Source of the DNA: Bugula neritina
Lineage: Eukaryota > Animalia > Bryozoa
NCBI GenBank assembly: GCA_964035545.1
Contig: OZ037766.1
Span: 20,386,767 to 20,450,766, forward strand
Reading direction: 5' to 3'
Length of the DNA stretch: 64,000 bases
Positions within the stretch are counted from its first letter, which is position 1. Every line of letters begins with the position of its first letter. Made by a program: the position numbers and the translations under genes. The notes under the pieces were generated by a model. That model had not been told where the DNA came from, searched no databases, and worked only from the letters and a program-made list of their open reading frames with translations. This document shows positions 38,460-49,700 of the stretch, in pieces.

Positions 38460-39421
38460 GGGGTGAGTTGACTCTTTATTGCTGGGTTCATATTGACCCA
38501 GTCCCCCGAATTCTGTGTTTTTGTTTGTATTTTACCTCCTCGTATACGATACTCAGCATCACTATTTGAAGATCTCAGTAATTTAACTTGTTGTCTCATG
38601 TTGTATTTTTCATCTCGTACTTCCTTACTAGTGTCCAACTTGCAGAAAAAACCTTCAGCTTTCAAGGTTGAGTTCACGCGCTTCACAAAATCCCATTTGG
38701 CTTTTTCATCATCAAAGACTACCTTAACCGGGCGAGGCTTAGTGCCTACTCTCCCAAGCCGAAAAGCTTGGGAAGGAAAGGTCACCTGCTGAAAGTTTCC
38801 AGAATCCATTAGCTCTTTTACCTGATCGATAGCACCTTTTTCTCGGTTTTCAGCCATACCATATAAAATGGCATTTAGTTTTCGGGTCTCATTCTCTGAG
38901 TGAGCAAGGGACTTTTTAATCACTGTTTGTGCAGAGGCGTTTATCTCTATAAATTTTTTTATGTTTTTCTGGTTTGTTTGGAGGACACTGCTATATGTTT
39001 TTTCGAAAGTTTGGAGTTGGTCAGTAAGTGATTTGTCTTGTTGTAAAATGCTTGTGGAGAGCTTACCAATTACCTCTTCAATTTTGTTTAGCCGATCACT
39101 GACTGATTCCATGCCAGTGTTATTAGGTGTTTTACTAATTGACTTTGTTTGTGGCAGGCAGGTTTCACAGCACCATAGTACACCCTTCGCATTTGCTGCT
39201 TTGCTGATGTAACCAATTTCGGAGTTTGATAGATTTTGGCAGAGAGCATGAAACCAGTGCTGACATAAGTCACACAAAATCCACTTCGAATCAATCTTCT
39301 GTTTTCGGTTTTTAGCATTAGTTATAAAGCAATCCTCTTGCTTGCAGGAATAGCATTTCTCAGATTCTGTATTCGAACCATCACCACTGGCACAAACTAT
39401 GTCACTGTTAGTTTGAGACAT
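38456..39421 (-). CDS. LINE ORF1 protein: PHD finger, coiled coil, RRM-like domain (321 aa, intact)
   Basis: CYSC...WILCDLCQHWFHALC...WCCETC (C4HC3); RKLNAILYGMAE and FRLGRVGTKPRPVKVVF motifs typical of CR1-type ORF1. Confidence 0.88.
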   Translation of the reverse strand: MSQTNSDIVCASGDGSNTESEKCYSCKQEDCFITNAKNRKQKIDSKWILCDLCQHWFHALCQNLSNSEIGYISKAANAKGVLWCCETCLPQTKSISKTPNNTGMESVSDRLNKIEEVIGKLSTSILQQDKSLTDQLQTFEKTYSSVLQTNQKNIKKFIEINASAQTVIKKSLAHSENETRKLNAILYGMAENREKGAIDQVKELMDSGNFQQVTFPSQAFRLGRVGTKPRPVKVVFDDEKAKWDFVKRVNSTLKAEGFFCKLDTSKEVRDEKYNMRQQVKLLRSSNSDAEYRIRGGKIQTKTQNSGDWVNMNPAIKSQLTP

Positions 39422-40773
39422 ATCAATTAATTGATTTAAAATGAGAAATTCGAACGTTTGTGGGGATAATTTATTCGATGTTGAAACTTTTTTTTTAATT
39501 GCAATTGTAGATAAATTTTTGCTGCTGAGGCACTTTTTTACTAAAAGTTGAAGAAAATTTTCACTAGATAGGTATAGATATAAATTTATGAAAATTTACT
39601 AAGAGCGCCAGTAAAATCACGACCGTCTCGCGTAATCGCTGATAAGTCTAGTATTAGATTAATATTAGTATAAGTATAACTAACTTGAAGTTAAACTATT
39701 AAATTTAGTATCATATCACATATGTCATTATGTGTTTCATTTTTGATTTAGTAAACTCGTGGCTTTAAAATGAGTTTGCATATATTAAATTAGTATTATG
39801 AGCTATGTTTTAACATTAGAACATGGCCATTTTGATGGTGAACATTGTTATAATCAGACAAAATATGTTTTAGTCAAGTCCAACAAAACATCTGATAACA
39901 AGAAATGGTTTTACCAAAACAAACAAATGGGATATTGTTAAATACATCAACAGAACTCTGTTCATTTTACTTTGAACTTGTTAGTTTATTTTTACCTTGT
40001 TTGCCACTATTATTAACATGCATTACTAATCTACAAATGCTTCTTCAAGTTTTCGTATTTTATAGCTAATTACATAATCATAATTATTGTAAATTGTAGT
40101 TAAGTCTCAAAAATAAAATTCCACTTATAAAGTATTTATCAATAAAGTTTATGTAACAAGATTTGCTCATTTACAAATTTGTAAGGCAAAGGGATGCGTT
40201 TTTGACTATATATAAATGTTATTCTCAAGGCACTTGTTCCTTTATGCATACATCCTCAGAAGAAAATATGTTTGACTCTTCTATTTTTTTTCAGCTGCAC
40301 TTTCAGCCCAACTTAGTTATTATTTCAGCATTGTAATTAAAGGAACCATATTTTTTCCTCTTTGATTTCTAAAACATTGGTGTAACAGAATAATTCGCAC
40401 CGACTTTAAAACAACATATACAACTAATTTGGTATTTTATTATAACTTGAAAGCAGGCCCACTTCATTCTAAAACTACTATTTTATCTGCATTACAGTAA
40501 AGCTGCTGTCCCTCGGTTCGGTCAGGAAGCCTAAAAAGTATCAACCCCATTAACTTGCTGCCACAACAAATATATTTTGCAAATTGTATAAATCTTTATT
40601 TTTGCATTCTCTTCATGGTATAGTGCAAGAGCTCCCTTTTAAAGTAACAGGCAAATTTCATCATACGTAGATTGTGGTTGACATAAATTTATCCATTTCT
40701 ATGATCATTAACTTTTGTATGCTATTTAATATATATATTTGATTTAACTTTTGTAGAGTTTAAAGGTGACAAG

Positions 40774-43700
40774 ATGATACATGTCAAAGATATTCGTTAT
40801 TGTACACCATCTCCATCTTCAAATCAACCAATACAGTCAGTATTCGTCATTTCTCTATTACTGTCTCATATCTTGCTTCTATATGCTTGTTAACAAATGT
40901 ATCTTTTAGTTAGACTTTTATATTTGATTTTTACTATAATTTTATGAAAAATCAAGCTTGTCATTCCTCTGGTTTGCAGGTCTGGAAGGTTTGGTGAACA
41001 CTCGCTTTACGTCAAAAATATTCCAAAGTACATGGATGAGAAAGCTATCCAAATACTGTTCTCTCCATTTGGTCCTGTTGGCTTCATCAAGCTTCTTTCT
41101 AAAGAGCAGTATTCATCCAACCGAGCGTAAGGAAATTCGGTGGTCTTTAGAGTGCTGGTGAGACATAGTTGGTAAATACTTGTTGGCTATGTACAATCAA
41201 CAGAATGATCTTCTGCTTGTAGATATGTTAATCTAAAATCCAAAGACTCTTGTCAGGCTGCTATTAATAATCTTAATGGCTGGAAAGATAAGCAAGGCAA
41301 TACCATTTATGTGGAGTTCAAGAAAAACTTTGGAAGTAGCCGAGATGCCAATATTGGTCATCAGCGGTACTCAATGAGGTTAAGAATTAGCAGAGTATTT
41401 TATTCTAACGTGTTCCTATTTCATCAGTAAACTAGTCAAGCATAGTTATTCATCAATAAAATATAAAAATATTCAACATGGTTATGAAATTCAATCTTGA
41501 AATTATGTATGACCTAATACCATTTCCACTCATCTGTTTTTATGACAAACAAGCAATCGGTGTCACTGGGTAATAGTCTAATAAATGTAGCCAGTAGTTC
41601 TTTGTGTAGGTAATAGATTGACTACACCTCTGGTATTTAAATTATGCAGAGTTGTTAACTGAAGCTTGATTTTCAGCATTGCATTTAATTTGCCACAGAA
41701 GGTAGCAATACAGTATATTATTTCAAGTTCTTTTTAATTCTTAAAAATTATGTCGGCATCTGTTGAAATTGATGTTGCCACAGGAGTTATTTTGAAACAT
41801 TGTTGGTATTTACCCTCCTTGCTCAATCAACCACAGTAACTTTTCCTGTCTCCCCCCCCCCCCCAGGACATTCTGTTTATTTTGACCGAAAATAGCAGAT
41901 CATAAACTATATTTGTAAAATACACTGTCCAGTATACTGAACATTGTATTAGTTAAAGTCAGTAAGTTCCAAGCTTTCTAAAAATTGTTGGGTGGCAAAA
42001 GAACTTGAAATTGGGAAGTTATTGCTTTTTGCTTTTCTTTAGTTCAAATAGTGACTTGGCACCATAGTATGGTATATTATGGAGCAGTTGGGAGCACCAT
42101 AAGTGACGCATTCTCTGTCTCAAATAGGTTGGTGAATACATAAAATCTGATGTTTTTAGTGAGAACACTCCAACCTTGTGCCCAAGGCCATATGATGGTG
42201 TGCAAGGCATTCCCAGAGGTATTCCCAGAGGTACTCACGGAAATCCTGGGAATTATGCCACTAATAGCAATTTTATGGACAAATCTCACATTAGGGCTAC
42301 TAGCCGCTTTGGTGGTGGCCAACACACGTCTACATCCAGAATGCGAAATACTAATGGTAAGTTGTAATCAGCTGTCAAATGTTCTGTATGGTAAGCATGA
42401 TCTGATGATTTGGTGAAAACAAGGCTTCGGGATTCATCATATGTTCCATTTGCAGATTTATCATTCTCAGTATAAAGTACGAGTATAATTGCATTGTAAA
42501 ATGTATTATTGTTTCCAAAATGTTGATATTTAAAGTCAAATATACTAAGCTCTCTACTGATTATTTCTATTTATGTAGAAATGTTTTGAAAATTTAAGTT
42601 GGTTTTTGAGTAATCCTTAGTAAGTTGACTATAAATGATGGAGTAACTGCTAGCGAATTCTTATCCAATTAGAGAGAACTTTAGGCCTGCAAAGTCTATC
42701 TTCAAAGAATCAGTAAAATAAAAGTCTTAATTGGTGAACATCGTTGAGAGTTTCAACTTTTTGGAATTATTGGTGTTTTGTACTTTCTCAAAATTAATTT
42801 AATAGCTTTTCATCTTTCCTTATCTTATTGCAGGCGTTCCTTCAGAATCTCAAACCCCGCCCTCTCAGGAGGTCGGCCAATGTCGTGTGTGCTCCGCACA
42901 GTCAAGTATGAGGTGCTCAATATGCAAAATACCTTTCTATTGCTCAGTAGAATGTCAGAAGCAGCACTGGAATGCGTCTCACAGAGTTGAGTGCCAATCT
43001 GCGTAAGTAATAGTTGAATCTTTTTGCTTGTTAGTACTCAGTCCTGATTCATGGGGATAACCTTCTAAACAGACTCTGTATTCTACAGATGAGTTTCTAA
43101 TACCACTGCTAATGTAGTCATTGTATGTTACTCAGGAGTTCACAGCATTCTAGTGCGACACGGGTGGCGTTACCTGAGCCCACTAACGTTGTAGAAGATA
43201 TTGAACATCGGTCAGTCTCCAACACATCTAGTCTAGCAAACTCAGACACTGAATCTGTTTGCAGTTCAATGGTTCAACCAAGTCTTCCTTTCCTCCAGCC
43301 TCTGAAAGTAGGTTTCAGTTTTCTTTACTCTCTAAATGTATCATAATACTGTTCAGAATGTGCTAGTCAGTGCAATAGTAGTTGAAGTGAATTGAAACTA
43401 CTGTATCAAGTTTTCACATCATGTCCTGCCAGTTGAGTAAATTACTAGGAGAGAGAGGCTCCTGGGTTGAATTTCTTCTTTGTTGTATTATGTAACAGAC
43501 CAACCTTTCTTATATAACCAACCAACCAACCATTATCAACCGTGAAACCTATAAATGTCAACTGTAATATAATAAATGATCAACTGATAGTAATACAAAA
43601 CATCAACACAATAAATTATATCATTACCCGTTGAAACTATAACATTATATATCAACAAAAAAGAATAAAACTTGAATATAGAATAACATGGAGTACAAAA

Positions 43701-46700
43701 TAGCTACCTTGGGGTTGTGTTCCTAGTAAGATACTTACTACTAAATTCCATCTACTTGTTTGCTATAAATAACTATAAATAGCTATAATACTAACAGTAA
43801 CTAGCGATACAGCTGAGTCAAGCTAGCTTGGAAATTGAGTTAGTAATTAAAACCAGTGGCGGAACGGGCACGAACCCCAGCTCAGGTGAAGTGCAATCTC
43901 AAAGCTCAGTCTAGCACAAGACAAAAACTTTACATACTTCATCTACTAATATTTTCATAAAGAATGTGTAATTGTTCCTGTTGTACGTTTGGTCATTATT
44001 AACACAAAACTAGAGCCATCTACTAGCGTATTGCCTGCAAACTAGGACTACTTTGACTATTTTCATGAGTTCTAATTATGTTTTAAAATATTCTAAAATC
44101 TTAATGTGAAACTGATACAAAAGTCAAACTGGGTTGACTAGCTACTGCCATGGTAATTGTAGCAAGGCAGAGATGGGGTATCACTAACTGTTTAATCATT
44201 TAGTATGGAATTTAGGTTAACGATACACAAGAACAGCAATAAATAGTCATATATTTGCCAAAACTTCAGTTTATATTGAGCCTAATGCAAATAGTTACAA
44301 AAAATTGTGAAATAAAAAGAGGCATATAGTATTTTCTCCAAGATATATGATATAAATTTTTCAAAAATTAACAATCTGAATGTTTATCAAACTTCTATGT
44401 TTTTTATCGCTTCTAACCCCAAAACTCGAAGCGTTTAGGCATAGTAATAATTATTACTTGTTGTTCAAGAAAGCAGCACTTTGTTCAACAAGGAATAATA
44501 ATCATTAGTGTATTGAGACAACTGGTTGTTTTAGGCTTTGAATTGCAAAGTCTCCAGTTTTCAATTAATATCTATTCATAGGTGAAGCTGATAGATTTCT
44601 CCTCTCCTTCCCAGTTTTTTGTTCAGCTAGTGGAGGACTTTTCTACTTCAGAAAACCTTCCAAGGGTGAGTATTAAATCAACATGATGTAAAATTTGTGC
44701 CGTATGTGTAGAGCCTCCTTATATCCTCATCATTCTCTTCTAACCTAATTTTTAGTGTTGACCATATTCATCATTATGCTGAATTTATCGCAATAACAAT
44801 TTTAAAAAACTTGCATTTGTTTAAACTTTAAAGTTTCTATCCCTGTGAGGACTTTTGATTTCTGTTTTTAAGCAGGCTAAGAACTGCAATAATAATGGAC
44901 AATTACCATGTTTTTAAATTCTACAGCACCTTATTTTTTGTTATGATGCATGCCATTAGCTTCATTTTCAGCATATTTTGAGCATCTGTGAAAATGCAGT
45001 CTACTGTGTGTATGTGTAGGAATATAGTATATACTGTGTGTAGGTGTAGGAATATAGTATATACTGTGTGTAGGTGTAGGAATATAGTATATACTGTGTG
45101 TAGGTGTAGGAATATAGTATATACTGTGTGTAGGTGTAGGAATATAGTATATACTGTGTGTAGGTGTGAGAATATAGCATATACTGTGTGTAGGTGTGAG
45201 AATATAGTATATACTGTGTGTATGTGTGGGAATATAGTATATACTGTGTGTAGGTGTGAGAATATAGTATATACTGTGTGTAGGTGTAGGAATATAGTAT
45301 ATACTGTGTGTAGGTGTGGGAATATAGTATATACTGTGTGTAGGTGTAGGAATATAGTATATACTGTGTGTATGTGTGGGAATATAGTATATACTGTGTG
45401 TAGGTGTGAGAATATAGTATATACTGTGTGTAGGTGTGAGAATATAGTATATACTGTGTGTAGGTGTGGGAATATAGTATATACTGTGTGTAGGTGTAGG
45501 AATATAGTATATACTGTGTGTATGTGTGGGAATATAGTATATACTGTGTGTAGGTGTGAGAATATAGTATATACTGTGTGTAGGTGTGAGAATATAGTAT
45601 ATACTGTGTGTAGGTGTGGGAATATAGTATGTACTGTGTGTAGGTTTGGGAATGCAGTCTCAGCGATATCGCTGTACCTGAGGAAGGTAAAGGTTGGAGT
45701 GAAGAGGTGATGGCCGTGTGCTCCTCTAGTGGGCTGGCACTGGGTGGTCTTTGCACAATCACTGTCAGCAAGTGTCGCAGGGGAGTTAACCAGTGTCATC
45801 TCAAACTTAGAAGTAAGTGTTGTCTTCTCTTCACCACTCTTCTCGGAAACTGTAGCTAACAGGAGTTGTAATATCATGTTTCTTTAAAGTGTTGTGGGCT
45901 AAATTTACTGTCTTTACTCTGTCACTGTTGGCTTGTCATAAATTTCCAAATATTTGGTAGTGACAAATGTACGTTTATTCCCTAATTTTTTTTACATGGG
46001 CAAAATCATACTTTGTCACTAAGCTGTGGTAGACTCTGTTGCAATTTATTGTGTGATGCTTTACAGATGGTAAATTTCTCTCCGAACAGCTCGTTCTGGC
46101 TGGCCTAGCTCGGAAAATCGGTGAACTGAAGTAAGTGTAATGAGATTTCACCTAAAGTAATATCGTAATTGGGCAATGTTTAATTTCTATGATTATGTGA
46201 ATCTCACAAAAAACTATTTTCCCACAGAGTTTTAAACTTCTATAGAAAGTGAATGAATATTTATTTTTAGGCCAAAATTAAGGTTTGTATCTGAAAGCCA
46301 CAGGGTTGTTTACATTATGTCAATGTATAGACAGCTTGTTGGGCTCTTTCAATGCAATTGTTGATTTCATATGTTCTCGTTCTAAAATGTTATATTCAAA
46401 ATACATTATTTTTTGGGTTTGTTTACTGATATTTTTACAAATCTTGTCTTTAGCAAACTGGCTGATGGTGAGATGTTCTTTGTGTTGGTGTAAATAGAAT
46501 TGTTTAATTTACCTTCCTTCAGCTGAGATATGAAAAAATTTCGGCGTGTGGTCTTCAAATTTAATATGGGTCAAAAACTATATTTCAGATGAATTTGTCT
46601 TACTCCAATTTAGTATGATAATTCTGGAGTGTTGGGGAATACTAATGCTATTCTTTAAAACTAAGCATGAGACGTCAATAAGGAAGTTTTCATGACATGT

Positions 46701-49700
46701 GAAAATTAAAAACAATAATTTATGGCAATTTTATGCCCAGCCATTATTATCCCCTATTTTCTATATACTCTGTATATGTTCTCTATATATCTCTTTATAC
46801 TCTCTGCTTTTATGTACTCTAAACATGTTATCTATATACTCTCTCTGCACTCTGTGTATTCAATAAGTTGTAGGCATATTTTAAATTCTTACTATACATA
46901 CACACACACACGCACGCACACACTCGTGCAAACACACACACACTCGTGCAAACACACACACACTCATGCAAACACACACACACTCGTGCAAACACACACT
47001 CACTCGTGCAAACACACACACTCGTGCAAACACACACACACACACTCGTGCAAACACACACACACTCGTGCAAACACACACACACTCGTGCAAACACACA
47101 CACACTCGTGCAAACGTATATACATGCATAGATACACACATACATACGCACATACATACATACATACTATGTTTGTACAGATATGCAGTGAAAGAGAGTC
47201 TACACTCTAAACTGAAGGTGACACAAAATATTCAAGTTGTAATAGAAAAATCATCAGTTGAAGGTGCTTCTGATTTCTATGCACAGGTAATATTTATATT
47301 TATAATATTTAAAATGTGCTCTATTATTATTCCACAATTTGTATTATAATATACATTTCTGTATAGATATTGTGCTACTGTTATATAAATGCAATAATTC
47401 ATATAACATTATATGAATTAATCAAGTAAGACTGAAATTTAAATATTAGTAAAGAATCTGCCTAGAACTTGTTGAGTTAAATGTAAGTCTCACCTCCTAC
47501 AGGTTGGAGGCCAGTCTTTGCAGAGTTACATCACCGAGTTTAGCCAAATGGAGCCAAAGATTGATTCATACGGCAGTCATATTGCTAATAAGCAAGGCCC
47601 TGACTTCAAGTAAGCTGTCAGCTGTGTCTGTGTGTAGTTTGGAGTGACTTGTGACTGTGTGGTTACCTGTGTGGCTTAGAAATGTGTTGGTTTTCTCCCG
47701 CATGCCATTTAATTTCATTAAATACCAATATATGAGTGGCTCAGCGGAAATGTTTCCTCTTGCATAATGCTCCTTTAATTATCTCCCAATTTTTCCTGTT
47801 TGGTCAAGTAAGAACGTCTTGCACATACCATGTCTGGCAGCAGACAAATTTGTTTTTGTTGTCCACCATTTTATTTATAAGCAGCGTGTCTCTTCTTTGC
47901 TCTTGCAGACCTACAGCTTACAGGTATTTAGGTTTATATCTCTGTCATACCACTTATCAGACAGTTGCTGCCTATAAATAGCTGTCCTAGAGGTGAAGTG
48001 CAAAGATATGGTTACCTTAGAGCTGGTGGTGAAACTTTGTGACCGTTACTGATGTTCGCTTGCCATCAACCTAATAATAATCATTTCTTTGTATTATGTC
48101 CTTGAACTTAATCTCTCTGTATAGAATAATAAGCATGAGCATGGCGTAACCACTTACCTGGTGATCCCTCAAACTCAGCTTTCTGTGAAATAGACCTCTC
48201 CTCCTACTACCTTTGTCTCAACTTACAAACTCTGGCTTTTCTATCTGCTAGTTTGCTACCCAATATTATAAGATTCAGAATATTATCACTTTAGCTTATT
48301 TCATTTTAAATTAGCAAAAATTAAGAATTATCTTATATACTAATAATATATATTCATAATTTTAATTTCTCACCACGCACTTAGAGCTCCTATCTTATGA
48401 TGAGGAAGCGTAACAAACTCATTTTTCACATTAATAAAAGTATCATAGCTAACTGAGCAGGAATTGCGATTTTTGACCAGTGGAAATTGAGTTTATAAAT
48501 AGTTTTAATTGCAAGCAAGTGTATAAACTGTGTTTTCCTGCTTTCTTTCCACAGCTTGTTGAAATGCAGTGTCCCCTAGCTCAGCTGTCTCTCTATCTAT
48601 ACAACTATTAACAATATTCATCTGATACACACACCTCTAACACTCCAACTGCCATTTGTTATATTACTTTGCTACTTGTCCATATATTCTATGTGCTATA
48701 TGTGCTATAGTACATATAGCACATACCACACATGTTGTAACTAATACATGTGATAAGTACAACATGTACTTTATTTACTTTATGTATATTACATATAGTT
48801 TTGTTATATTGCATCTTATCATGTATAGCAAGTAATAAAATACAGTATGTAATAAACTATCAAATAGACTAGTATGGTAAGACGTATATACAGTTTTGTC
48901 ATACTAGTTTATTTATTGTAGTAGGCTACTTCATGTATTATGTTATTATTTCAAGTTACACTTTGTAATATATAGCATATTTTAGTGCTATATTGTTTTA
49001 TAAAATTGTTATACAATAGTTAATTTTGTTTTATTGTGCTTATATTTGGTAGCTTCTGAAACACATTTTATTACCAATTCAGATGTTTAATTTTGTAATC
49101 AGAATTGTTTAGTTTCCTTAAAAGTTTAGTGATTAGCAAAACTATTTACTAATATTTGGGGAGATAATTCCCTTCCGATTTCAGTCTTGTTTTGGAATAT
49201 TTAAAATTAGTAATTGTAATACCTGAAATAACTGTATACTATAATAGAATAGATAAATCGTGTGTTTTGATTTATTTAAGCAATTCTATGGGGAGGGGAG
49301 GGGAATTCTGAAAAAAAACTTTCTATATACAAAAATAATTCCCAATACTATTTGTAAGAATGTCTTACAAGCAAAATGGGATAAATAGAATATTTCATTA
49401 ATGTGCTTCTACTACTAATAGTGACCAATAGTATGCTTAAACAGCTTGAAATAATTTATTTGGTACTGATCAAAATGAAAGAAATCTTGTTAGAACATCT
49501 CAGCAACTGACATAATAGTTTTTGTTTAAATTATATCAGGAGTTTTTTGGGTACCTTGTACACCCATATCTTATTATGTAATATCACCTTGTGCAATATT
49601 ATATTATACTGTTTCTATTACTATGTTAGGATGCCATATGGTATTGATGACTATTTTATATTCTAATGATTATTTTATTATCATGCTACATATATTGAAT

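Larger units (their letters stand above)
35565..39648 (-). mobile_element. Full-length CR1/L2-group non-LTR retrotransposon (~4.1 kb)
   Basis: 5' UTR, ORF1, ORF2 (APE endonuclease + RT), 3' UTR and a short GAAGT-like tail are all present and collinear. Possible 5-bp TSD TAGTA (weak, because the flanks are low-complexity). Confidence 0.93.

Noticed and set aside
44921-45877. ORFs of 240-318 aa with 10-aa repeats, and a CRISPR-like appearance
   Set aside because: Products of a 30-bp intronic minisatellite. Units are contiguous with no unique spacers, the context is eukaryotic and there are no cas genes.
46722-47210. His/Thr- and Cys/Val-rich ORFs
   Set aside because: Translations of a CA-based repeat. 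Only ~47181-47286 is a real exon.
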